This document shows, piece after piece, positions 7,715 through 16,542 of a stretch of 64,000 bases of DNA. The stretch covers positions 2,559 to 66,558 of IMG/VR virus record IMGVR_UViG_3300037316_000032; one strand, written 5' to 3'. Under the pieces are notes generated by a model, which was not told where the DNA came from, ran no database searches, and worked only from the letters and a program-made list of their open reading frames with translations. The DNA is from a virus. Made by a program: the position numbers and the translations under genes. Each line of letters opens with the position of its first letter. Position 1 is the stretch's first letter.

Positions 7715-8857
7715 ATGAACTTACATGAAGCACAAAAGCAAATCCGCATACTGACCCAAGCGGGCAATGCGATATTGCTGGAAGGAAGTTCTGGCCTTGG
7801 CAAATCAGCTATTTGTTTTGCCGAGTTTGAGCGAGCCAAAGCTCAAGGCGCTGCCAAGGGCGAAACATGGGGACTTGGCGTGGTGTTCGCTGCCACGCAA
7901 ACGCCCCCTGATCTAATCGGCTATCAGTTCAAGGGCGAGCATGATTTCGGGGACGGCAAGAAACTGACCGTCACAGAACCAAGCGTTCCCTTGTGGATGC
8001 TGAGCGTTCCCCACGGCGACGATCCTGGTGGCAAGCCAGCCTATATGTACGACAAATTCTGGCTTGTGATCGAGGAATATGGACAGGGCGAGGCTGATGT
8101 AAAGCGCGCAATGGCCGAGATATTCCTGAATGGTGGCACAGCGCCGTGGTATCTGCCAGCAGGGAGTGTACGTGTTGGCTGTACCAACGTGGGCAGCCGA
8201 TATGGCGTGACCAAGGACTTTGACTTCTGTATTGCTCGCAGGTCACGCATCAACATCACTGGCGATATCAACATCTTGCTGCCGTATCTGGACAAGCCAT
8301 ATGAAAAGCATGGCAAGGCGTGGCAGACAATGCCCGTGATGAAGTCTTGGGCTGCAACGCATCCTGAGATCGTGTTTGAGGCCGAGCCAAAGGAACAGGG
8401 GCCGTGGTGTATGCCTCGCACCCTTTGCGATGCTGACCGATACCTGCAATGCGTCATGGCCGAGAATAACGGTGTGATCCCCACGGATGGCGGCACTATC
8501 GAAACGCTGTCGGGTATCATTGGCATGGCTGCTACGCAATCGCTGATCGGCCACTTGCAGTTCCGCTTGGAGCTGCCAAGCTATGCCGAGATCGTTGCTG
8601 ATCCCGACAACACGCCAGTCCCCAAGAAGGCTGACCTGCTGTTGCTGATGGCGTATGAGCTTGCCGGGTATACGCAAATCCCGGACTTGGCAGCCTGCAT
8701 TAAGTACGTGCAGCGCCTGCCCAAGGACATGGCTGTGACCTACGTATCGTCCCTGCTGCGTCGGGACTACAAGAACATCATCAACACCCCCGCCATGCAG
8801 GGTTGGATCAACAAGAACGCTTCGCTGGTAAGCATCATCGCATCGTTGTCACAATAA
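7715..8857 (+). CDS. AAA+ ATPase (MoxR-like)
   Basis: Walker A GSSGLGKS, Walker B LVIEE, sensor CTN, PRT motif; vWA partner downstream. Confidence 0.8.
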   Translation: MNLHEAQKQIRILTQAGNAILLEGSSGLGKSAICFAEFERAKAQGAAKGETWGLGVVFAATQTPPDLIGYQFKGEHDFGDGKKLTVTEPSVPLWMLSVPHGDDPGGKPAYMYDKFWLVIEEYGQGEADVKRAMAEIFLNGGTAPWYLPAGSVRVGCTNVGSRYGVTKDFDFCIARRSRINITGDINILLPYLDKPYEKHGKAWQTMPVMKSWAATHPEIVFEAEPKEQGPWCMPRTLCDADRYLQCVMAENNGVIPTDGGTIETLSGIIGMAATQSLIGHLQFRLELPSYAEIVADPDNTPVPKKADLLLLMAYELAGYTQIPDLAACIKYVQRLPKDMAVTYVSSLLRRDYKNIINTPAMQGWINKNASLVSIIASLSQ

Positions 8858-8910
8858 AGGCGGATTTCGGTTGTAGGTGACGGATTGTAGATCGGCGGAA
8901 CCTTCTACGT

Positions 8911-8925
8911 TTACCGTGACGGTAA
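8911..8925. promoter_or_regulatory. TTACCG-N3-CGGTAA palindrome copy 4
   Basis: TTACCG TGA CGGTAA downstream of the AAA gene. Confidence 0.85.
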
Positions 8926-9092
8926 TGAAAAACAAAACGGCAATGCAATCGCGCACAGCGCGGCACTACAAACTAAGCGGGTTACTTGCTGATCCCGACA
9001 CACTGGATAAGCTGGTAATCTGGCGCATGGGTGACATAAAATACAGACGGCGTACCCGCCGTGAGCAAGACGAGTTCATAAGGAGCGGATCA

Positions 9093-9389
9093 ATGCAACG
9101 CCAATTCACTATTGAGCTTAGGGTAGATTACGCAGACCCTGAGAAGAACGATGCAATGCGTACAGCATTGCAGGCTGCTGCAAGGCATGTCTACGCCACG
9201 GCAACGCTGCTGGCCGAGACTGTCAAGCCGCAGATAGCTATATTTAGCGATGACTTCTTCGCTGGACATGAGCAGATCACGCTGCTGGAAGATACAATCC
9301 AAGCTGGCAAGGAACAGATCGGTGATACCAAAGAGGATGCACCTAGCGATGAGCTTATCCAGGCCATGCGAGACAGTCTCATCAAGTGA
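9093..9389 (+). CDS. hypothetical protein
   Basis: ATG 9093 with AAGGAG SD (ORF is open from 8877). Confidence 0.6.
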   Translation: MQRQFTIELRVDYADPEKNDAMRTALQAAARHVYATATLLAETVKPQIAIFSDDFFAGHEQITLLEDTIQAGKEQIGDTKEDAPSDELIQAMRDSLIK

Positions 9390-9451
9390 ACCGGGCAATG
9401 ACACGTATTCGAGTAGTCAACCGTCCACAGACATACCAATCAGGAGCTAAC

Positions 9452-9790
9452 ATGGACGTTACAAGGTTTCGGTCGTTTGCCGAGCGATACGTGATCGAGC
9501 GAGCAAGCACGTTTAAGAATGACACCGAAATGCAGGACGCTTGGAGCGCAGTAGAGCGAGCCAAGTCGATCTATAAGCATATCGAGAATGTGGCCAACGT
9601 AGAGAACGACAAGGATATGCGGGAAGAACACGCCACGCGCTCACAGGGTATGCAGGCAACGCAAGGCCCACCGGGCGCTACTGGCATGACAGGGCCGAGC
9701 CAAACTATTGCGCGACACCCCATAGGCACCCGCGTTTTGGCGCCGCCCGCTAACAATTCACAAAGCTGGACAAGAAGGAACTCACCGTGA
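9452..9790 (+). CDS. hypothetical protein with short Gly-X-Y stretch
   Basis: AGGAG SD before ATG 9452; QGPPGATGMTGP. Confidence 0.6.
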   Translation: MDVTRFRSFAERYVIERASTFKNDTEMQDAWSAVERAKSIYKHIENVANVENDKDMREEHATRSQGMQATQGPPGATGMTGPSQTIARHPIGTRVLAPPANNSQSWTRRNSP

Positions 9791-11064
9791 CCGATACTCC
9801 CAAGCAAGCTCCCGAGATCGAGAAGATCGAGCCTTGTGGGCTTACGCCAGCGCAGAAGCAAAAGTGGGAAGATACCATGTCTCTGATGGCATGGACCGCC
9901 CCAGGCTTCCGGCACATATTCTACAAGCTGCTGGCAAACAATAGTGGTGACTATGTTGCTGTGCCGACCAAGAGCATCCCTGTCGCGGCAACGGACGCCA
10001 AGAATATCCTGATCAACCCGGACACCTATTTCGAGTACGGGCTGACAGAGCGTGTGTTCATTGCGGGCCATGAGATCGTGCATAATATCTACGCAGACGT
10101 TGAACTACTGCACAGGTGCCAAGCCTCTGGCAAGGTGCCAATGCACGACGGCTCTAGCCTGCCGTTCGACAACGAGGTAATGCAGCACTCTATGGACTAT
10201 CGCATCAACGATCTGCTGGTCGATAGCAAGATTGGTACAGCGCCCAAGGGTTGTTTGCATGACAAGAAGCTGGCCGTGGCTAACGATAGCGTGCTGGACG
10301 TTTACAAGAAAGTCTACAAAAAGAAAAAGGACGATGGCACGTTGGGCAAGGGCGGATTTGATATCGTGCTGGCTCCCGGCAAGTCTACCGGGCAAACACC
10401 GTCCCAAGCCGCAGCGCAGCGCAATGCGCAGCAATGGGCTGTCGAGGTATCGGCAGCGCAAACGCTGGAACAAATCAGGACGCAAGGCAAGCTGGCTGGC
10501 TCACTGCAACGCATGTTCGCTGATATCCTGCAACCCAAGATACCGTGGACTGAGCATATTAAGTCGATCTTCAATCGTCGCGTTGGTTCAGGCAGCTATA
10601 ACTGGCGCAGGCCGGACAGGCGCTTCATTGTGCGCGACCTGTATATGCCGTCCCGCTCCGGTCACGGTGCGGGCTGGCTGGTCATATGGGGCGACACATC
10701 GGGCAGCATTGGCGACGGCGAGCTTAACAGCTATCTGGGCGAGCTGGCTGGTATCATCGAGGACGTGCGCCCCAAGAGGCTGACTGTGATATGGTGCGAT
10801 GCCAAGATACACTATGTCGATGAGTGCGAGGATGCTATGGACTTGCATCGTATCAAATCGCGTGGCGTGGGTGGCAAGGGTGGCACTAGCGTTGATCCGG
10901 TCATGCGCTGGATTGCTGACAGTACTGAGAAGCCTGATATGTTCATTGGTTTCACGGATGGCTGTGTAACGTTTCCTGCAAAAGAGCCTGCGTTCCCTGT
11001 GATCTGGGCGGACGTGGGCGGCACTACGTACCCGTGGGGCGAGGTTGTAAGGATCAAGCCATGA
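9787..11064 (+). CDS. putative metallopeptidase / vWA-domain protein (DUF2201-like)
   Basis: AATD, HEIVH zincin-like motif, MIDAS DTSGS, GGT and FTDG motifs. Confidence 0.85.
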   Translation: MTDTPKQAPEIEKIEPCGLTPAQKQKWEDTMSLMAWTAPGFRHIFYKLLANNSGDYVAVPTKSIPVAATDAKNILINPDTYFEYGLTERVFIAGHEIVHNIYADVELLHRCQASGKVPMHDGSSLPFDNEVMQHSMDYRINDLLVDSKIGTAPKGCLHDKKLAVANDSVLDVYKKVYKKKKDDGTLGKGGFDIVLAPGKSTGQTPSQAAAQRNAQQWAVEVSAAQTLEQIRTQGKLAGSLQRMFADILQPKIPWTEHIKSIFNRRVGSGSYNWRRPDRRFIVRDLYMPSRSGHGAGWLVIWGDTSGSIGDGELNSYLGELAGIIEDVRPKRLTVIWCDAKIHYVDECEDAMDLHRIKSRGVGGKGGTSVDPVMRWIADSTEKPDMFIGFTDGCVTFPAKEPAFPVIWADVGGTTYPWGEVVRIKP

Positions 11065-11483
11065 TAGGTGGCGTGCGCACAATACTGCTGCCTAATGGGA
11101 CGCCATATCAGCGCACTCACGACTATCGTGGGCGTTGCCTGCTGTGCGGGCGCAAGCGGAGCAAGCAAGCCAAGAAGCCTTTCGTGGTCGCCATGACGCT
11201 ACAAAAGGGCTGGCGCTTGATTGCGCGGCCCTTGAGCTATCGAGTGCAGACCCTGAAAATCCCGGTATGGCAGACTAATGGCAACCCGGTATGGACGGAC
11301 GTTCAAAGGTTTCCGCGAACACGCAACGCATGGCTGGATGACGAAATGATGTGCGCAGTGTCAATGCTGCATACCCGTGTACGCGAGTGGAAGGCGGGTA
11401 TTGTTCCGTTGCCGCCCGAGCCGAAGCTGACAAGGGCGCAAAAGTTCATGCTGAAATTTTTGGAGTGGAAAGACCGCCTTTAA
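11061..11483 (+). CDS. hypothetical protein
   Basis: ATGA coupling upstream, TAATG coupling downstream. Confidence 0.5.
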   Translation: MIGGVRTILLPNGTPYQRTHDYRGRCLLCGRKRSKQAKKPFVVAMTLQKGWRLIARPLSYRVQTLKIPVWQTNGNPVWTDVQRFPRTRNAWLDDEMMCAVSMLHTRVREWKAGIVPLPPEPKLTRAQKFMLKFLEWKDRL

Positions 11484-11839
11484 TGCCTTACCTGTCACGT
11501 AAAATAACGATGAACTGGCACGCGATCGCGACGGAAGCTGATCTGCGTAAGGAAATCCTTATGCGGCTACAGCAACATTCGCGCGTTGCATGGTCGCATC
11601 GTATGTATGTTGGTCTACTGGCCGCTCACGGTGGCCCGCGTCGGTACACGATAGGGTTTAAGGGATGCAGCGATATAATTGGCCAGCTAACGAATGGCCA
11701 GCTTTTGGCTATCGAGGTAAAGACCGCTAACGCAGGCCCCACAAAAGACCAGCAGGACTTTCTTGATCTTGTGAACAAAAATGGTGGAATAGGTTTTGTG
11801 GCGCGTTCCGCCGCAGATGTGAGCAGGAACATTCCCTAA
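11483..11839 (+). CDS. VRR-NUC domain nuclease
   Basis: GCSDIIG...AIEVKT...PTKDQQDFL...GGIGFVARS. Confidence 0.8.
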   Translation: MPYLSRKITMNWHAIATEADLRKEILMRLQQHSRVAWSHRMYVGLLAAHGGPRRYTIGFKGCSDIIGQLTNGQLLAIEVKTANAGPTKDQQDFLDLVNKNGGIGFVARSAADVSRNIP

Positions 11840-11884
11840 GTTCATGCGATGAACTTACCACTACGTCGAACGAAAGTCAACCCG

Positions 11885-11899
11885 TTACCGTCACGGTAA
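11885..11899. promoter_or_regulatory. TTACCG-N3-CGGTAA palindrome copy 5
   Basis: GTTACCG TCA CGGTAAC, 24 nt before ATG 11924. Confidence 0.85.
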
Positions 11900-11923
11900 C
11901 ATCAAAGTGAGGAGAGATTAAAT

Positions 11924-12625
11924 ATGCCGCGAAGCAAGAGCGTGTTAGGTGGACACCACCTGGCTGTTGCAAGGTCCAAGATCGAGAGCTTGTGCCAGCG
12001 GTCGATAAAGGTGCTGGCCCCGTTCGATCCTGCCTTGCAGAGTGTGTTGGGCTGGTGTTTTTCTAATGATACATTTAATACGTTGACACATGCGCACGGA
12101 TTGGTGAAGATTAACGGGTACTATAGTGGGTTGTCCATGAGTGGCAGCTATAAAATAGCTGAGGGCACAAACCTAGAATTGGAGTTTGAGTCGGTTAATA
12201 TGCTGGCACCCAAAGAGGAAATGTTTATACTACATGAGCAAGGGCTAGGTGTCCCGTTGCTGGCTGCAATAGAGGAAATTAGGGCAATCAAGAGCAAGTT
12301 TGATCTGGCCGAGCATGTGCTGGACTGGCTGGACAGGCATGTGACGGCAGGGGCTATGCGCTACTACTGGCCGACCGTGCTATCCCTGGCCCCGCAAGCA
12401 CCTACACTGGCGGGCGAGATACCGTCCAGGCATAACACACCTGATAACATTGCGCCGTTCCTGCCCTTCATCAGGGAGAGTGCTGGCACCATTGCGTCGG
12501 CCCTAATGCTGGCTGAAGACGTGGAGATCAACCCCAAGAAGGGAATGGCCCTGGTACTGTCGGGTGGTGGTCAGAAGATTGGCGAGGACGTTCTAAACGG
12601 CGTCAAACGAACGGTCCACATATAG
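11924..12625 (+). CDS. hypothetical protein
   Basis: GAGGAG SD; 233-aa ORF. Confidence 0.7.
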   Translation: MPRSKSVLGGHHLAVARSKIESLCQRSIKVLAPFDPALQSVLGWCFSNDTFNTLTHAHGLVKINGYYSGLSMSGSYKIAEGTNLELEFESVNMLAPKEEMFILHEQGLGVPLLAAIEEIRAIKSKFDLAEHVLDWLDRHVTAGAMRYYWPTVLSLAPQAPTLAGEIPSRHNTPDNIAPFLPFIRESAGTIASALMLAEDVEINPKKGMALVLSGGGQKIGEDVLNGVKRTVHI

Positions 12626-12626
12626 G

Positions 12627-12654
12627 TTGACACCGCAAGGTGAAAAGGTATACT
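12627..12654 (+). promoter_or_regulatory. sigma70-like promoter upstream of EndoVII-DNA polymerase
   Basis: TTGACA-N16-TATACT; ATG only 8 nt downstream with no SD. Confidence 0.6.
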
Positions 12655-12662
12655 GTTCGCCA

Positions 12663-13013
12663 ATGGACAAAACCCCCTCACGGCCTAACCAGAACGCTGA
12701 TAAGGTTCGCCGCTGGCGTAAGCGCCACCCTGAAAAGGTGCGCGCTTATGGCCGTGTGAATAACAGGGCACGAAGGTTGCGGTTGCTTGGAATGACCCTA
12801 GCGGATTACGATAAAGCGTTCCAGGCGCAGGGGTCTATGTGTGCAATGGGCCACCACAAGCGCCACAAGTTGGACTACATGGTAGACCACAACCACAAAA
12901 CCGGAACGTTTCGCGGTATTCTATGTGGTCATTGCAATTCAGTCATTGGTCATGCACAGGACGATCCAAAGCTGTTGCGTAAGCTGGCACGATATTTGGA
13001 GAAGCACAAATGA
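12663..13013 (+). CDS. recombination endonuclease VII-like protein
   Basis: VDHNHKTGTFRGILCGHCNSVIG...DDPKLLRKLARYL. Confidence 0.85.
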   Translation: MDKTPSRPNQNADKVRRWRKRHPEKVRAYGRVNNRARRLRLLGMTLADYDKAFQAQGSMCAMGHHKRHKLDYMVDHNHKTGTFRGILCGHCNSVIGHAQDDPKLLRKLARYLEKHK

Positions 13014-14887
13014 AGCTGCTTTTCCTTGACGCGGAAACGTATTTTGACCAGGATTATTCCCTGAGCAAGATGCCTACACCTAATTATATTCTTGACCCAC
13101 GATTTGAGTTAATCTGTGTGGCTGTCAAAGAGGACAGGCAACCGGCCAAGCTGATCGATGGTCCTGATTTCCCCGCCTTCCTGGCGCAGTATGATCCAAA
13201 TGACACTGTGACAGTGACCTTCAATTCTCTCTTTGATAATAGCATATTTGCATGGCGCTACGGGTTTGTCCCGCGCGTCATGCTGGACGCGATGGGCATG
13301 GCGCGGGCACTCCTGGGCCACAAGCTGCGGAGCTTTTCGCTGTCGAGTGTCGCGGACTACCTACAAATAGGGAGCAAGGGAACGTCGCTATTGAAGGTCA
13401 AAGGTATGCGGCGGGCCGAGATAAAGAGCGAGCCTCTGTTGTGGGGCGAGTTCTGCCACTATGCCGTTGGCGATGTGAACCTATGTGCTGGAATTTACGA
13501 TAGGCTTTCCCCGCGTTTCCCCGCAGCCGAGCGCCGCGTCATGGACTTGGTATTGCGTTGCTGTGTCGAGCCCAAGTTCCAAGTCGATATCCCTATGCTC
13601 ACGCAACATTTGCAGGACGTGAAGGACGCCAAGAGCGCGATGCTTGCAGTATCAGGTGCGACTGTGGATGAGCTTATGTCCACCAAGAAGTTCACCGAGC
13701 TGTTGACCGGGCTTGGAGTTTCGATCCAGAACAAGCTGTCGCCTACCGGGAAGATGATCCCGGCGCTGGCGAAAACCGACCAATTCATGGCCGAGCTTCA
13801 AGAGCATCCCGATATGAGGGTGCAGGCTCTGGCGTGCGCGCGGCTAGGGCATAAGTCTACGCTCGAAGAAACGCGATCCGAGAAACTCCTTTCAATCGCG
13901 CAGTTGCCGTGGGCGCGTTACCTTGACGGTAATCCGCGCCTCTACAGTGGCGGCACAATGCCGGTCCCCCTCCGGTACGGTGGCGCGCATACCCACCGGC
14001 TGAGCGGCGACTGGGGTATGAACATGCAGAACCTCCCGACCGAGCGCGGGAGCAAAGGGAAATCAAAACTGCGTAAATCTTTGGTCGCGCCACCCGGACA
14101 TAGCGTGGTGGTGGCGGACTTGGGCCAAATCGAAGCGCGGCTGTGCGCCTGGATATGCGGCGAGTATCGGCTGTTGCAGCAGTTCATCGACAAGAAAGAC
14201 CCCTATGCGCTGCTGGCGGAAGATATCTTTGGTTACAAAGTTGACCGCAAGGTGCAGAAGCTGGAAGGGTTCATTGGCAAAACGGGTATTCTGGGCCTAC
14301 AATATGGCGCGGGAGCAGACAAGTTCTACAACATGGTGATCGTCCTGGCCCGCAACGCTGAGCTTGATCTGGGAACGATGTGGACGCCTGAGCTTGCCAA
14401 GAAGTCCGTGGACACATACCGCCGCAAATACAATCAGATACCCGCAGGCTGGCGTCGTCTGGACTGGATACTAGCAGCGCCGTGGCTGCACAAGCACCTT
14501 GGGCCGTCCAAGTTCGGCCCATGCCTAATCTCCTACGGCAAGGTGGAAGGCCCTGGTGGGCTCTGTCTGGAATACGATGATCCCAAGAAGGAGACTTACC
14601 GCTACGGTAAATTCACGCATAAAATCTACGGGGCGAAGTTCCTGGAGAACATCGTGCAGTTCCTCGCACGCATCATCGTAATGAACGCCGCGTTGCGCCT
14701 TCGGGATAGGGGACTTAGGTTTGTTCTTCAAGCGCACGACGAGCTTGTGTTCATTGTGCCGAACGAGGGACTTGACAACGCTAAAAAGATCGTGCATGAG
14801 GAAATGACACGAAGGCCGTCATGGGCACCTGATCTGCCCGTTACAGCCGAAGTCGGTTCCGGTCCCTCTTACGGAGATTGTAAATAA
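13010..14887 (+). CDS. DNA polymerase family A with 3'-5' exonuclease domain
   Basis: Exo DAETY; THRLSG..NMQNLP; motif A ADLGQIEAR; motif B GKTGILGLQYG; motif C QAHDELV. Confidence 0.95.
   Translation: MKLLFLDAETYFDQDYSLSKMPTPNYILDPRFELICVAVKEDRQPAKLIDGPDFPAFLAQYDPNDTVTVTFNSLFDNSIFAWRYGFVPRVMLDAMGMARALLGHKLRSFSLSSVADYLQIGSKGTSLLKVKGMRRAEIKSEPLLWGEFCHYAVGDVNLCAGIYDRLSPRFPAAERRVMDLVLRCCVEPKFQVDIPMLTQHLQDVKDAKSAMLAVSGATVDELMSTKKFTELLTGLGVSIQNKLSPTGKMIPALAKTDQFMAELQEHPDMRVQALACARLGHKSTLEETRSEKLLSIAQLPWARYLDGNPRLYSGGTMPVPLRYGGAHTHRLSGDWGMNMQNLPTERGSKGKSKLRKSLVAPPGHSVVVADLGQIEARLCAWICGEYRLLQQFIDKKDPYALLAEDIFGYKVDRKVQKLEGFIGKTGILGLQYGAGADKFYNMVIVLARNAELDLGTMWTPELAKKSVDTYRRKYNQIPAGWRRLDWILAAPWLHKHLGPSKFGPCLISYGKVEGPGGLCLEYDDPKKETYRYGKFTHKIYGAKFLENIVQFLARIIVMNAALRLRDRGLRFVLQAHDELVFIVPNEGLDNAKKIVHEEMTRRPSWAPDLPVTAEVGSGPSYGDCK
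13918..13932. promoter_or_regulatory. TTACCG-N3-CGGTAA palindrome, 1-mismatch copy
   Basis: TTACCT TGA CGGTAA inside the polymerase gene. Confidence 0.55.
14596..14610. promoter_or_regulatory. TTACCG-N3-CGGTAA palindrome copy 6
   Basis: TTACCG CTA CGGTAA inside the polymerase gene (YRYGK). Confidence 0.75.
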
Positions 14888-14888
14888 G

Positions 14889-15131
14889 ATGCCCTACATC
14901 AAACAGGATCGTCGCATCCCTCTGACGATAGCCTGCCCGCTAACTCCTGGCGAGTTGAACTATGCGTTTACCCGCATGGCGCTTGGGTACATCGAGCGGC
15001 ACGGCAAGGACTATCAGCATATCAGTGAAGTGATTGGCGCGTTTGAATGTGCCAAGCTGGAGTTCTACCGCAGGCTGGCCGCGCCCTACGAGGACAAAAA
15101 GATCGCTGAGAATGGGGACGTATTTCCATGA
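14889..15131 (+). CDS. conserved phage protein (DUF6899-like)
   Basis: MPYIKQ..R...PGELNY...LEFYRR.AAPYEDKKI.ENGDV pattern. Confidence 0.7.
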   Translation: MPYIKQDRRIPLTIACPLTPGELNYAFTRMALGYIERHGKDYQHISEVIGAFECAKLEFYRRLAAPYEDKKIAENGDVFP

Positions 15132-15805
15132 ACGCCGGTCATAGGTCCACACGCGGAGGCACAGTTGCCCGCCGAAAGTGGCTCTTAAAATATCCCGAGG
15201 CAAAGGTGCTTAATTCAGCACGTTCAAGCGCGTGGTATTATGATCGAGAGTTCTCGCTAAAGCAGAGCGATATTGTCATTCCGCCTACTTGCCCGGTGCT
15301 TGGTATTCCCTTATTTTTTACTCCTGGACGGAGGACAGCCAACACCCCGTCGCTGGATAGGCTGGACAATTCAAAGGGATATACCAAAGACAATGTTGCA
15401 GTTGTGAGTTGGCGTGCTAACGACGCCAAGGGGGACTTGTCCCTACCTGAGCTAAAAAAGTTGGCGGCATTTTATTTGCCGGTACAGCATCCCCGCTTGT
15501 ACTTGGCCGGGCCAATGAGGGGATATAAGGACTACAATTTTCCTGCCTTTGACTACGCAGCAAAGCTGTTACGCGCAGAGGGCTACTTTGTTTTTTCCCC
15601 CGCTGACAACGATAGGGCGAAGGGTCGTAAGGACCCACCAATCCGAGACTGTCTGCTTGACGACACACACTGGATATGTAAACATGCTGATGTAGTCGCG
15701 CTTTTACCCGGTTGGGAAAAGAGTACCGGGGCACAAGCGGAACGGTCCCTTGCCCTTGCACTAGGTTTATCTGTCACAATCTTAGGAAGGAAATACTATG
15801 TCTAA
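15128..15805 (+). CDS. fusion of an HNH-like domain and a DUF4406 / nucleoside 2-deoxyribosyltransferase-like domain
   Basis: N-term CPVLG...SLDRLDNSKGYTKDNV...AN; C-term LYLAGPMRG..YNFPAF...SPA...LPGWEKSTGAQAE. Confidence 0.75.
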   Translation: MNAGHRSTRGGTVARRKWLLKYPEAKVLNSARSSAWYYDREFSLKQSDIVIPPTCPVLGIPLFFTPGRRTANTPSLDRLDNSKGYTKDNVAVVSWRANDAKGDLSLPELKKLAAFYLPVQHPRLYLAGPMRGYKDYNFPAFDYAAKLLRAEGYFVFSPADNDRAKGRKDPPIRDCLLDDTHWICKHADVVALLPGWEKSTGAQAERSLALALGLSVTILGRKYYV

Positions 15806-16175
15806 GTCCACCCCATCGCGCGCGCGTTCTTTAAAATCCGCCGCCGCGCCGCTGCCGACCGATAGCGCCGCCCGCAAACGCATACCCATCGTCACCGGCG
15901 TACTGGATTATTTCCCTGATGCCGTGGCGGCTGTCGCTGAGGTTTCGTTTGTCGGTAACGAGAAGCACAACCCCGGCCAGCCGCTGCATTGGTCCCGCGA
16001 CAAGTCGCCCGACCACGCCGACTGTATCGGACGGCACCTGTTGGAACGCGGCACGTTGGACCCTGGGACGAAGGTTCGCCACAGCGCCCAACTTGCATGG
16101 CGCGCACTTGCATTGTTGCAAATCGAAATCGAAGCCGAGCGAGCTGCCGTTATGGGGTCTGAACGCAAGATTTGA
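15798..16175 (+). CDS. dATP/dGTP diphosphohydrolase-like protein (DUF5664 family)
   Basis: GVLDYFPDAVAAVAEVS..GNEKHNPGQPLHW.R.KS.DHADC..RH...H.A.LAWRALA. Confidence 0.75.
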   Translation: MSKSTPSRARSLKSAAAPLPTDSAARKRIPIVTGVLDYFPDAVAAVAEVSFVGNEKHNPGQPLHWSRDKSPDHADCIGRHLLERGTLDPGTKVRHSAQLAWRALALLQIEIEAERAAVMGSERKI

Positions 16176-16178
16176 AAT

Positions 16179-16193
16179 TTACCGGGACGGTAA
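16179..16193. promoter_or_regulatory. TTACCG-N3-CGGTAA palindrome copy 7
   Basis: TTACCG GGA CGGTAA, intergenic. Confidence 0.85.
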
Positions 16194-16230
16194 TTCGCTG
16201 GTTGCGCCGGCCTGGTATACAGAGTGAAAT

Positions 16231-16512
16231 ATGACCCCGCAAGCCGCGCGTGTAGCGCAGACAAACCGAGAAATGGAGCGCGGCCGTGCAATGGTCGAGC
16301 GAAGCACAAGGTACGCGCTGGTCGAGAAGTGGCTGGCGGAAAAGCGGATACTCGTCGCGGATCCGATAGACAAAGAGTACGACAATGTTGCACATGGCCT
16401 GCGCCCGACGTTGGTATCGATCGGGACGCAGACATTTAGGGAGCCGACCGAGAAGTTCCCGAGCAAGAAGATGATCGCAGACGTTTATCTAGCGTTGGAG
16501 TTCAACAAGTGA
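16231..16512 (+). CDS. hypothetical protein
   Basis: 93-aa ORF in operon orientation. Confidence 0.55.
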   Translation: MTPQAARVAQTNREMERGRAMVERSTRYALVEKWLAEKRILVADPIDKEYDNVAHGLRPTLVSIGTQTFREPTEKFPSKKMIADVYLALEFNK

Positions 16513-16542
16513 CTTCGATCCAGGCGGGATTGGAATACTGAC

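Noticed and set aside
15798-16175. 2-aminoadenine (Z) genome pathway
   Set aside because: No PurZ-like gene is visible; the diphosphohydrolase-like gene alone is insufficient.
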